In this document: piece after piece, positions 9,855 through 21,487 of the stretch
Layout: each line of letters opens with the position of its first letter
Numbering within the stretch: position 1 is the first letter of the stretch
Source of the DNA: Octopus bimaculoides
Lineage: Eukaryota
Reading direction: 5' to 3'
Assembly (NCBI RefSeq): GCF_001194135.2
Contig: NC_068993.1
Coordinates: 31,460,306-31,492,487, forward strand
Length of the DNA stretch: 32,182 nucleotides
Made by a program: the position numbers and the translations under genes
The notes under the pieces: generated by a model
What the model was told of the DNA's origin: nothing
Databases searched by the model: none
The model's input: only the letters and a program-made list of their open reading frames with translations

Positions 9855-12056
9855 TTGTTATATTTCTGCTGCTTTTAAAGAAAGTATATTACTCTACCTC
9901 TGGTATTTGAGTACTCTTTTTTCCCCCTTGTTCACATTTATTTACTTATTCCGGTATATATACATTATATACATATATACATTGTATATATATATATATT
10001 GTATGTATATATTATATATATGTATGTGTGTATATATATTATATATGTATAAGTACAGATAGATATATGTATATGCATACGAGTATATACATGTGTGCGA
10101 ATATATATATACATGTATGTATGCATGTATATGTATATATACATGTAGATGTGTGTTTATGAATAATTCGTTTTTGGATTTGGTTTGCAAGATTCTTTAT
10201 GTGAGTTCGTATGTTAAAGCATATTCTGTTGTGTCTGGGGAGAGTCATTTTCTTTTACCGCTGAGTGTGTTAGATTATAAGGCACAAAAAGAAAATGACT
10301 CTCCCCANNNNNNNNNNNNNNNNNNNNNNNNNNNNNNNNNNNNNNNNNNNNNNNNNNNNNNNNNNNNNNNNNNNNNNNNNNNNNNNNNNNNNNNNNNNNN
10401 NNNNNNNNNNNNNNNNNNNNNNNNNNNNNNNNNNNNNNNNNNNNNNNNNNNNNNNNNNNNNNNNNNNNNNNNNNNNNNNNNNNNNNNNNNNNNNTATATA
10501 TATATATATATATGATACCAATTGCTTACTGAATAAATATTTAGTATCGCTGTGAAAAGGGAACATATTTTCAAAGCATGACTACATTAATATTCATAAA
10601 GATGCCGTATAGCACTTCACTGTACGCATTTATCCAAAACCACACTAATTCTTGACATTCTCGTTATAGTATGCATACAAACATAAATGTACTCACACAG
10701 GTACAAACATAAAGCCAATTACAACAGATTAAGTATGGCTGAAAATCCTATTACCACATTAGCAATATTCGATGTGACATGGATGTATGTGTGAGTGAGA
10801 TAAAGAGAGAAAGAGAGAGAGAGGAGGTGGTAGATTTGATGCAAAATAATGTTACCAAACAAATATGCCACAAAATCATGCAAACCTGTGTGGCATTTTG
10901 GATATTTGAACGTTGTGTGAAAGAAAAACATCCTAAATATGTGGTTATCATGACAGATAGCAAGGAGTGATCGGTAAATATATCTATATAGTCTATCTCT
11001 ACAGGGAGATACATGCTTAGCTTTCTCTGAAAAATGATGAACAGGCTGTACACAATATAGAAACATTACATAAAGATCCACTAAATAGATTTCTCCATGT
11101 TTTATATATGCCACCTCAATTGAATATCCAATGTGTTTCTTTTGAACCTGAACTGGACTTGTTAGAACCCACGTCTATCTCAAGAAATATGTTGTTACAA
11201 CTGTTTTCATTTTTTTTTTTTTTTTTTGGTGGCGGGGTAAAATTTCACAAATTACAAATCTTCGTTACTGCGATCTTTGCTGCCATCACAATTTATCTAA
11301 CGTCGTGATGAATAGCATAGAATCATTATAAAAATACGAGGCACCAATTTTACGGAGTTAATAAAATCTTAATAACGTTCCCTTTCATGTGTGATATACG
11401 GTATATCCAATTTTTTTTATCGTATAATGAAATTTCGGATTCGAACCACATACCTCAAAATAATATGACCAGTTATTAAGGCTAGAAACTTATTTCAGTC
11501 TTCTGTAATCCCATTCTAAATAATTCCTTCAAGTAAGGTACAATATGAAGATGAAAGAAACTCAGTGTTCTGATCCTTATTATCTACCCGTATTCATATT
11601 TTCCCATATCTTAATAATACTGTCTCATTACTGTCCATTGAACAACCTATGTCATCATAGAAATTCGTTGCGATTTTTTATTTCAAATTCTATGCTTATA
11701 TCTTCATTAAATCTATGTTCTATCTGATCTTTCTCCTTTGCTGATATCCGTGCATCCATAAATTGGTCATTTTCTATCTCTAATGAAATGCATATCTTGA
11801 ACAATTCTAGCAGAGTGTTAAATGTATGGTTAGAGTTATATATATGCATATATGTATATNNNNNNNNNNNNNNNNNNNNNNNNNNNNNNNNNNNNNNNNN
11901 NNNNNNNNNNNNNNNNNNNNNNNNNNNNNNNNNNNNNNNNNNNNNNNNNNNNNNNNNNNNNNNNNNNNNNNNNNNNNNNNNNNNNNNNNNNNNNNNNNNN
12001 NNNNNNNNNNNNNNNNNNNNNNNNNNNNNNNNNNNNNNNNNNNNNNNNNNNNNNNN

Positions 12057-12098
<42 letters not shown>

Positions 12099-13149
12099 GA
12101 GTGGGTGTGCGTGTCGGTGTGTGTGCGTATGTGTAAGCAAAACTGTTAAGCTATCGCTCTGACAATTTTCTCTATTGATCTTAAGTCTTCGTATTCGTAA
12201 CAATGGCTTAATTTTGTCCCTTATTTACTCATGCACATCACAATCAACTTTCTTATTTTCATAGATGTTCGTATCATGTCCAAAGAATGGGAAACCATAT
12301 CAAAGGACTGTTATACAATCTGTCCACGCTATTGAGAGATAGGAATGTTACTTGTTGTTATCGTATATTATTGACTAACTCGCCGTAATTGCGCCTAAAT
12401 ATCTCTAGTCTGCTTTTAACATGCATTCAGCTCTAGTCGTTATTACCCTGGCTAACCACTTATCGATATGTAATACAATTAACTAGATGCTGTGAGTTGA
12501 TGTGAGAGACTTACAGAAGGAAATGTGTGTTTTGAATTAAGAAGAAAGGTGGTTGGTGTGCGATGTCATGGAAGGAAGGGTTGACAGCGTAGTGCGAATT
12601 AACCAGTATCGAGCACATACACACATGGATACAATATAAAAATGTAACTGAGAGGTAAAATTATAAAGGATTCTCGTGTTGAGTCGGTGATACAATTACA
12701 TGAATAGTCATTTATTAAAAATATTAATGGTGCAGGTTTCTAATTGGAAAATGATCCATCGTTGACTGTATGAGGGATGTTAACAAAGGGCTTCATATGC
12801 TGGCGAACATAGAAGACGGAGACGCCAAGAAAGCTGAAGTCGAATATTCCAGATTTCAGAATTTCAGGACTGTTATTTCAGGTTTAACAAAAGTTTGCTG
12901 AAGTTATCATCTAGATGATATTGCGTCTTATGTGTGAGCAAGACATCACAGTTACATCAATCAATATATTGAGACCTATTGACGTAATTTAAATTCTTAT
13001 TAGCCTAATGAAATGAATAAAAAGACCGGTATTTAATTCTAGAGTAACATCGAGAAAGTTCACTTTGAGGTTGTTCTGCATAGATGCGACTTGGACCATA
13101 ATTCTTAAAACATTTCTTAATGTTTTCCTCATCCATTGTGTCTTTGTAT

Positions 13150-13347
13150 CTGTGTTTATCTTTCATCACCGCTTGACAATCGATGTTGCAGTAATTACGT
13201 CCCCGTAACTTAGCGGTTCGGCAAAAGACACCAATAGAATAATTATTAGACTTCAAAAAATAAGTCCTATGGTCGATTTGCTTGACTAAAACTCTATTGG
13301 GTAGTGCTCCAGCATGACCGCAGTCAAATGACTGAAACAAGTAAACG
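13150..13347 (+). mobile_element. 3' half of a SINE (same family as 17889-18283)
   Basis: CCGCTTGACAATCGATG..TACGTCCCCGTAACTTAGCGGTTCGGCAAAAGACACCAATAGAATA..GTCGATTTGCTTGACTAAA..GTGCTCCAGCATGACCGCAGTCAAATGACTGAAACAAGTAAA aligns with the reverse complement of 17889-18065. Confidence 0.9.
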
Positions 13348-16300
13348 AAAAAAGAATGAAACTGTAAAATAATTTCTACCCCATTTGGATAGCAAATTGA
13401 GAAAGGTATATTATTCGTAATGCTAAGCCTAATGATACTGTAATCTAAATTTATGGTAAGATATAGACTACAGAAAATAAGGTAAATGACCTCAACTTTA
13501 CTATGGGGCCAGTGACTCGGCGCAGGTGACTGATTTCGTGGGCATTGATATTTTGCAGTGTCAGTATAACCATTTTTTCCGAATTTCTGTTGTAGTCATT
13601 AGAAGAATAATGCTCTTTTTTCAATTTGTAACTCCATAAGGTAGAAATGAAAGGAATGAATAGCTAACTTTCTCAATACAAGTCTTTTTTATTCATCTCA
13701 TAAACCAGGTGAGAATTTGAATTACATCAATAGATCCTCTAATCATCCTGAAACAATTATTAATTCTACAATAAATCTGTTTATAATAGTGTATCTAAAT
13801 TAACTGCAAACGGCAAAATTTTTAGACAGTACGTTAATTTCTGTAACGAGTCTCTAAGCAGAGACCGATATAAAGAAAAAAATTATATTTGTTCTCGACT
13901 TGAATTACTCGATCACTAAAACAAAAGAAAATGATAATGGACGATTATCGGTACCTTACCATATTCATAAAAATCAAAATAATATGCAGGGGTTAATGAT
14001 TATTCTATATTTAATTATAATATTGATTATAAATATTTAAGTTTAATTCAATGAGTGATGTCATCTGGTACGGAGCTCGGTACACCGATATCTAAAATTC
14101 TATATCTTCCTAAAAAGTACAATACTATTGATTACGTATTCAGAATGACTTTAAATTACAAATACGCTTCTGATATAATTAAGCAATCTAATGATAAATG
14201 TTATAATAAAACGGCTAAGCGATATTAAGCGAATAATCGTCCATAGAGACATCAAAACTACACCAATCCCCACATTGGCGATTACCCGATATCCGACCAC
14301 AGAACGGTTGTTGTTAATTGTGTAGCAGGGAGATATTGTGATGTAATACTCCTTATGCTACATATTTAATCATTTAAATTTTTTAAAAAACATTTTTTCA
14401 AAGCTTTAATGTGTGATTTTTTCTCCTCGTAAAGTACGAGTAGATTTGTAATGAACAAAGGATCAAACTTCCGTTTTATCAGCCAAACTTGTTTGATAAC
14501 ATTGCTACTGAAATACTTAACTGAAAAACATTTCGTTTGGCGCCAGATTTCAAAAGCTTAGTCAGTTTGAATGGTCAGCTATCTAGCTCTTACTTCCGAC
14601 CATTATCTGACCATCAAAAAATTTCTATCAGCCATAAATTTCAATATATCACCTGCAGATTACCATTTGACAAATCAAGATAAGCATACATTAAATTTTC
14701 TTGCTTTGGTATCGAGTAGTGTAGTTGGTCGGCAAATTCAATATCATCATGCTATGTTAAATTTTCTTCTCACACTCTGTTTTGCTCTAAATATTATCTT
14801 CTGATAGAGGGAAGAGAATATTTTTCCGTAACAAGTTTAGCAGAATATCACCTGACGAAATTGAAAATTTATGTAACAATACGAATTTACGTAATGTTGC
14901 CCAATGACTTAAGTAATGGGCTCGTATTTGAAATGAACCACGCTATTGAAACGCGTGTTGTGATGTTCTCAATTATCCATTTCCTATTGTTTGCTAAATA
15001 TTATACCGTGTAAATATTCCAGTTCTAGCTTTGCTACAAACACGGACTTGAAGGATCTCCGAAACCATTGAACAACTGCCTAATTTTGTATAGACTTCTG
15101 AACTGACCAATTGAATTTTCGAGTAATCTATTTAAACAGATACACGCAGAGGTGCTTCTAGGTTGATCTGGCATATTTTTTAAATCTCTCTACATCATAT
15201 AATATACATTTATATATATATATANNNNNNNNNNNNNNNNNNNNNNNNNNNNNNNNNNNNNNNNNNNNNNNNNNNNNNNNNNNNNNNNNNNNNNNNNNNN
15301 NNNNNNNNNNNNNNNNNNNNNNNNNNNNNNNNNNNNNNNNNNNNNNNNNNNNNNNNNNNNNNNNNNNNNNNNNNNNNNNNNNNNNNNNNNNNNNNNNNNN
15401 NNNNNNNNNNNNNNNNNNNNNNNNNNNNNNNNNNNNNNNNNNNNNNNNNNNNNNNNNNNNNNNNNNNNNNNNNNNNNNNNNNNNNNNNNNNNNNNNNNNN
15501 NNNNNNNNNNNNNNNNNNNNNNNNNNNNNNNNNNNNNNNNNNNNNNNNNNNNNNNNNNNNNNNNNNNNNNNNNNNNNNNNNNNNNNNNNNNNNNNNNNNN
15601 NNNNNNNNNNNNNNNNNNNNNNNNNNNNNNNNNNNNNNNNNNNNNNNNNNNNNNNNNNNNNNNNNNNNNNNNNNNNNNNNNNNNNNNNNNNNNNNNNNNN
15701 NNNNNNNNNNNNNNNNNNNNNNNNNNNNNNNNNNNNNNNNNNNNNNNNNNNNNNNNNNNNNNNNNNNNNNNNNNNNNNNNNNNNNNNNNNNNNNNNNNNN
15801 NNNNNNNNNNNNNNNNNNNNNNNNNNNNNNNNNNNNNNNNNNNNNNNNNNNNNNNNNNNNNNNNNNNNNNNNNNNNNNNNNNNNNNNNNNNNNNNNNNNN
15901 NNNNNNNNNNNNNNNNNNNNNNNNNNNNNNNNNNNNNNNNNNNNNNNNNNNNNNNNNNNNNNNNNNNNNNNNNNNNNNNNNNNNNNNNNNNNNNNNNNNN
16001 NNNNNNNNNNNNNNNNNNNNNNNNNNNNNNNNNNNNNNNNNNNNNNNNNNNNNNNNNTATATATATATATATATATTCAGGCACATTTTCTTTCCTTCTT
16101 TCTCTGTGTCTCTCCCTCACTCTCTCTCACACACATACACACAAAGCACACATACACACACAACACACATACATACGTACATACATACATACATATACCA
16201 CTCACTATGTAAGAGATATATGAGCATTCTATCTGCTGATAAAATTCGATCTTATTGAATGACAGCTGAATAACATATGTGTGGTGTCATTGTTTGATTG

Positions 16301-17054
16301 AACCTTTGGTCTCTAATTCCGATCGTGTTTTGTTAGTTTGCCACAGGAAGACATCTGCAGACTCTCAATTTTATAAACATTGATAGAATAACAAGTAAAA
16401 GGATCAGAAGCCCAAACATTTCACATTTATTTCAGGAAATCACGAATACGTTGGAGAGATTCAATTAAATTAGTTTCATTTAAGGCTCTAAAACACTCCT
16501 GGTATCAAAATTGATGATTGAGGTGTTCCTTGTACTAGATATAGCAGTCAAATTTTTCTCAAATCACAACTGTTTTATTTTAATGAAGCGACATATTAGA
16601 GAATTATTTTCCAATTGAAACTATTTTAATAATTGTTCCGCTAAATCATGGCTGGCTTTATTTATAGGTGTAATAACAACAAAAAGAACTCGTGCATATT
16701 TGAGACGAACTCGTGCTTATTTGGGTAACATTATATCAACCATAAAGTACTGGAGATAGAAGTAAATCTCCCTCAAATCACACTTATATTTAGTCTTGGA
16801 CATAATATTCCAGAAAACAAAATGAGTTAGTCACTGTTGGGAAGCCATTCATTATAAGTGTGCCATTAACTGGCATCATGGAGGAATTTAACAGAAACCA
16901 CTTGAACGTAACATTGAAGCCAAGTTTCTAGTTTGCGAATGCATTGAGCCCTCCTTCTCATCAGACTTGAAGGCCCTGTAACAGGTTTTAGACACTACCT
17001 TCCCACTCCATTATACGATAAACAAAAATCACAACAATTATACATTTCACATCA

Positions 17055-17156
17055 TGTTTGGTCAGTCATAGCTGAATTCTGGTCAAACACCAACTACACC
17101 TTTGTTCATAGGTGTGGTTATTCACATCAGTAGTTGATGTGGTCAAACATCAACTA
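17055..17156. other. Three consecutive stem-loops containing a 17-bp direct repeat
   Basis: Arms 17055-65/17079-89 (imperfect), 17092-17100/17111-19 (8/9) and 17131-40/17147-56 (perfect 10 bp). TGGTCAAACAYCAACTA occurs at 17080 and 17140. Confidence 0.8.
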
Positions 17157-17204
17157 TTTCTTTAATCGTAGGTTTACTCAGCCAGAAAAGAGCTAAGCAC
17201 TAAT

Positions 17205-17664
17205 TCAGGTCCACTCTGGGACGTTCGCATGGTCAAGCCTTTATCGATCTGCCAGCTGGAAGCACTTAAGCAGATCCACGAGACGTGAGTTTATCTTCCT
17301 ACCGGTCGAGCCAACACTATCGATGCATGCGTCAACTATAGCGTTAAAGTCTCCTAATACCACTAATGGCTTCGACGTCACGAGAAAGTTCTCTAGGCGC
17401 CAATAAAAATGAGTTTGTAATCCTCTAGTACAAGCCTTTACGGATCAGTACCATTACACCCCCTCTTCCTCCGGTCTGGCCAGGAGACATGCTTTTCTCA
17501 TAGTCATTCAGGAGAGGTGAGAAGGTTTGTAGAATGTCCAGCTTGGTCTCTGCAGCAACCATCACATGTATATCATGTAATCTGAGGTCATTGAGGAAAC
17601 AAGCCTGCTTCCACTTCGAACTGAGACCACGCACATTCAAACAACCAAAGTTAAGTAAGGTCAT
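17205..17664 (-). pseudogene. LINE ORF2 apurinic-like (APE/EEP) endonuclease N-terminal fragment
   Basis: NVRGL, ETKL and GDFN motifs. There is an internal deletion between RKGL and ENFLVTSKPLVVLGDFN, in-frame stops, and no RT domain downstream. Confidence 0.85.
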
Positions 17665-17888
17665 TACTAAAAGTAAATGTTCTACTTACCCTTCACCACA
17701 CGTAAATCAGTCCCTTCCTTCTCCTCCTTCTTCAGATATTTAGGTAAATCTACAATCCTCCAGATGGCTGTAGAATGCCTTTCCTTTAATTCTCTGTATA
17801 GAGATTCCCCTATCAAGGCGCACCTACTTTTCAGGTCTTTGTGTTGGGGGTAAAATTTTGTTGTGTGATGCGCTACAACAATGTTATT

Positions 17889-18283
17889 TACTCATTTACT
17901 TGTTTCAGTCATTTGACTGCAGCCATGCTGGAGCACCGCCTTTAGTCGAGCAAATCGACTCTAGGACTTATTCTTTGTAAGCCTAGTATTTATTCTATCG
18001 GTCTCTTTTACCGAACCCCTAATTACGAGAACGTAAACACTCCAATACCGGTTGTCAACCGTCGATGATAGACACAATCACAGACACCCAAACACACACA
18101 TATATATACATATACATATATACGAAGGGCTTCTTTCAGTTTCCGTCTACCAAATCCACTCACAAGGCTTTGGTCGACCCGAGGCTATAGTAGAAGACAT
18201 TTGCCCAAGGTGCCACGCAGTGGGACTGAACCCGGAACTATGTGGTTGGTAACCAAGCTACTTACCACACAGTCACTCCTGCG
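17889..18283 (-). mobile_element. Full-length tRNA-derived SINE with internal (TA)/(CA) microsatellite, nested in LINE ORF1
   Basis: Minus strand: CGCAGGAGTGACTGTGTGGTAAGTAGCTTG..GGGTTCAGTCCC (A/B boxes), CACCTTGGGCAAATG (CORE-like box), GGATTTGGTAGACGGAAACTGAAAGAAGCCC, an internal microsatellite, and the same 3' tail as 13150-13347. Confidence 0.92.
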
Positions 18284-20014
18284 GTATATTTATCTTGTGT
18301 ATTAAATTCTACCAAAATAATGTTTTCTTTGTCTTTTTTCACAGGAACTGTTGAGTAAGGTCTTTTATTATTGTTTGTGGTGCTTTGTTTCTTTTCTTTG
18401 AAAGGGATGCGGATGAGGATGTTTCCAATGTACGTTTCCGTAATACAATAAACGCTCCCTCTGATACCTCCATGGTATCGTCTGGGGGTCGATACCATGA
18501 AGTTTTTGTTTTGGGGAGATGTTTTTTACACTTGAAGGGCCTGGTGTATGCGCCATCTCCGTTTTTCGTTCCTCACAATCTGCCCGAATGGCACACTCCG
18601 GTAGCACACTTCCAACCGGAGGGGCCTCGGATTCGGTCGTTGTTTCCGCCGCCCGTCTCCCGCTTTTCTTCTTTTTTCTTCTTTTGTTTCTCTCCTCTGC
18701 GGGAGCTGCAGCCTCCACCGCCACACCCGGGAGCCTTCCTCTTCTCCCGCAAAATGCACTTTTAGTGGTGAGCAACTATCGTTGCTCACCTTCCTTTTTC
18801 TTTGCATGGAGGCTTCCGCCTCCATGACTTTCTCCGTCTCCCCCTCTAATGGGGCACATTTTCCGTCACCTTCTCCGGGGTTTTCCAACGGCCCTGGGGG
18901 CAGTTCTTTCTAATATGGCCGGGCTCCAGGCACTGGTGAAACTTGGGAGGCGTCCCTCGAGTATGACCGGGTAGCTGGCCCCGGCCATTACCAGAAAGTC
19001 GAGAAGTGTGGGTTCACTGGCAGACTGGGNNNNNNNNNNNNNNNNNNNNNNNNNNNNNNNNNNNNNNNNNNNNNNNNNNNNNNNNNNNNNNNNNNNNNNN
19101 NNNNNNNNNNNNNNNNNNNNNNNNNNNNNNNNNNNNNNNNNNNNNNNNNNNNNNNNNNNNNNNNNNNNNNNNNNNNNNNNNNNNNNNNNNNNNNNNNNNN
19201 NNNNNNNNNNNNNNNNNNNNNNNNNNNNNNNNNNNNNNNNNNNNNNNNNNNNNNNNNNNNNNNNNNNNNNNNNNNNNNNTTCGCCACCAGAAGGGGCTGG
19301 CTTGCTACAGTACAAGCTTCTTCGGGGGAGTGAAATAGCAACCACAACGTTGCGTGCTTGACTCCCCTAGAAATAAAAATGTTTTTAACTGGCAACAAAC
19401 TTGCGAGCTCTCCTGGATTGTCTCTTTCTCGAAGAGGGCAATGGCATCGCGTGACCTAGAATAGTTCCGTATGACCGCTGCCTTCTTCTCCATGTCATTC
19501 AACCACTGCTTGGGTGTGACAATCTCCCACTCCAAGACAGTGTTTTTCTTTTGAGGTTCCATGTCCAACAAATAGTTCAAAAAAATACTTCACAGAAAAA
19601 CAACAGTTCACAAAATAAAAAGTTAGAGGGAAGAACAAAACCAAAGGAAGAGACAGAACAGAAACAGATAGTCCAAAGGGAAAAAAGTCAATGGCACGGA
19701 ATCTTCCACAGGTACTCCACAAAGTACTCCAATATTTCGGCAGAACGCCAAACAAAAATCTTCGCTGCTGTGGTGAAGCGAACACGCCCATCACAGACAG
19801 CAAACAGTGTCTGTGGTTTGTTCGTAACTACGAACTTATCAAAAAATATACAAAAAACTCGCCAGAGGCAAGCGAAAATGCTACAGAGCTGGACAAGAAT
19901 TTACTGAAAAATAAAACAAGCAATAAATTATTGCCCAGCTGAGCAACAAAAACGACTTACCCCGGCGAATTTTCAAGTGTTCTTTTTTTCATTTTGGTCA
20001 ATGTTGTACGCAGC

Positions 20015-20047
20015 TATGACTCACGCCCACTCCAATAAACCGGAAGA
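20015..20047 (-). promoter_or_regulatory. Putative internal Pol II promoter motifs at the LINE 5' end
   Basis: TGACTCA (AP-1-like, 20017-23), CACGCCCAC (Sp/KLF-like), CCAAT (20032-36) and CCGGAAG (ETS-like, 20040-46) within about 30 bp. Motif match only. Confidence 0.35.
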
Positions 20048-20070
20048 AGCTAACGCAACGTGCATGTGCG

Positions 20071-20106
20071 GAATCAAGCTTCTTACCACACAGCCACACC
20101 TGCGTC
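20071..20106 (-). mobile_element. Isolated first ~35 nt of a tRNA-derived SINE head abutting the LINE 5' end
   Basis: Minus strand GACGCAGGTGTGGCTGTGTGGTAAGAAGCTTGATTC matches the head of the SINE at 18283 (CGCAGGAGTGACTGTGTGGTAAGTAGCTTGGTTAC). Confidence 0.8.
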
Positions 20107-20354
20107 TATATATCGTTAACTTTTTTAAATTTCACTTTTCAAGTTACCATTTGACGACCCCTAAAGGATAAAAATGGCTGTCGAACTCAATGGTATTCAA
20201 AATCTGAAAATCATCATATATCACAAATCTGAAAATAATCCTATATCGTAAGTTATTTTAATGTGCCAAGCTTCTGACCTTGTGTTAGTAGATACTGTCA
20301 ATTTATATGTATATATTATGTATAGGAACAGACATGTGTATTGAAAATTAGGTG

Positions 20355-20935
20355 TATTCTTCCTTTTATTCCTTTGACTCCATGTTGTTCATAAGGCGAC
20401 AAGAAATCCCCGTCAGTCTCGATATTTTATAATGAACTGCAGCTGCCCTCAGGTATTGCCAGTTTGTGCTTCAATTTCTGTGAAGCTTCTCCATGCCGTT
20501 TTTTATATGCCACTCTTCCTTCTCCGGTGAGTTATCCATTGTGTTGGAGCTGCTTTGTAATGCTGGAAACAGGTTTCCATAGAGCGTGTTCCAACCAATC
20601 CTATTTCCTCCTCTCGATCTGGATTTCGATAGACTGCAGTTTCGCCCACAAGGATTTATTTGTAAATCTGTCTTAATATCTCATCCAAATGATGTTGCGA
20701 AGACGTCTACTCACAAACATTTGGAGCACGTTGAAGAACTTTATAACTCGTAATGTTTCACACACATTACCTTCATGTTAAAGAAAAAGAGCTTTGTGTT
20801 TGTCGGCGAAGTCTATGATCTCCAGATATTTCCAAGCATCCTGGAAGCTGCGGTAGCTTTTCTAATCCTTCTCTTTATGTCTTTATCTGTCACGCCCTCC
20901 CTATTGACGGTGCTTCCCATATATTTTAGAGAAAC
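20355..20935 (-). mobile_element. RTE-clade LINE 3' fragment (degenerate)
   Basis: Minus-strand translation KYMGSTVNREGVTDKDIKRRIRKATAASRMLGNIWRS*..NTKLFFFN..LQMFVSRRLRNII..RFTNKSLWAK..IEIQIERRK*DWLEHALWKP matches the post-RT region typical of RTE ORFs. Confidence 0.8.
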
Positions 20936-21384
20936 ATATGGATTGATTGGCAGATAAATAGATTAGAAATGAGCAACGAATATAGAAGTTGCTCTATAGT
21001 CTTTAGTTCAGGTGTGTACACGTCTCACGAGGTAACTTATGATAAATATTCCATATTTCTTGTATGTCATAGAACCGAGTTCTCTTTTTAGGTACTCTCG
21101 GTGATTAAATAATTCAGTTAGATTAATTAAAATAGGGCTGCTTAAGTTTTTATGTTTATCTATTACATATGTAATGAGATAGATGGGATGATAATGGGAA
21201 TACGGTAAAACAGTCATTCTTCTAAAAGTAAATCAATAAAATTGAAACGGATGTAAGCAATCAGAAAGCATGCTGTAAATATATTATATTATAGTGGGGA
21301 TGGGGGTGAAAAATTAGATCTGAGCGAACAACATATTTTCTACGTACACAAGCCCAAAGAAATACTAAATGCTAGTAATAATAT

Positions 21385-21487
21385 AAAGTCGACCCCGGCG
21401 GCATTCGAACTCAGAATGCAAAATCAGAGTAAATAACGTTAAGCATTAGTTTTTCCGATGCGCTGACGATTCTGCCAGCTTGCCGAC
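21385..21487 (-). mobile_element. 5' fragment of a second tRNA-derived SINE family
   Basis: Minus strand GTCGGCAAGCTGGCAGAATCGTCAGCGCATCGG..GCATTCTGAGTTCGAATGCCGCCGGGGTCGACTTT, with A-box-like TGGCAGAATCG and B-box-like GAGTTCGAATGCC. Confidence 0.75.

Larger units (their letters stand above)
17205..20070 (-). mobile_element. 5' half of an L1/Tx1-type LINE (5' UTR, ORF1, start of ORF2), 3'-truncated, degenerate
   Basis: ORF1 from about 19580 (MEPQKKNTVLEWEIV..; FHSPEEA RRM-like), VILEGRLP then the knuckle [F]HQCLEPGHIRKNC at 18900-18941, a basic low-complexity tail, and a stop at 17682-84. ORF2 ATG at 17664: MTLLNFGCLNVRGL..AAETKL..GGVMVLIRKGL, then LVVLGDFNAIVD..WT, which are APE endonuclease motifs. 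Confidence 0.85.

Noticed and set aside
12770-12901. 43-codon ORF MRDVNKGLHMLANIEDGDAKKAEVEYSRFQNFR.. in a slightly GC-richer patch
   Set aside because: No recognisable domain and no convincing splice pair; it cannot be supported as an exon without RNA-seq or homology.
13005-13340. 111-aa minus-strand ORF MFQSFDCGHAGAL..
   Set aside because: Its start is the antisense of a SINE tail, and the rest has no recognisable similarity.
14260-14345. PHIGDYPISDHRTVVVN, with an SDH motif like an APE endonuclease C-terminus
   Set aside because: No upstream endonuclease motifs; a three-residue match is not enough.
16686-16723. 17-bp direct repeat GAACTCGTGCWTATTTG with 21-bp period
   Set aside because: Only two units with a 4-bp spacer; a simple local duplication, not a CRISPR array or satellite.
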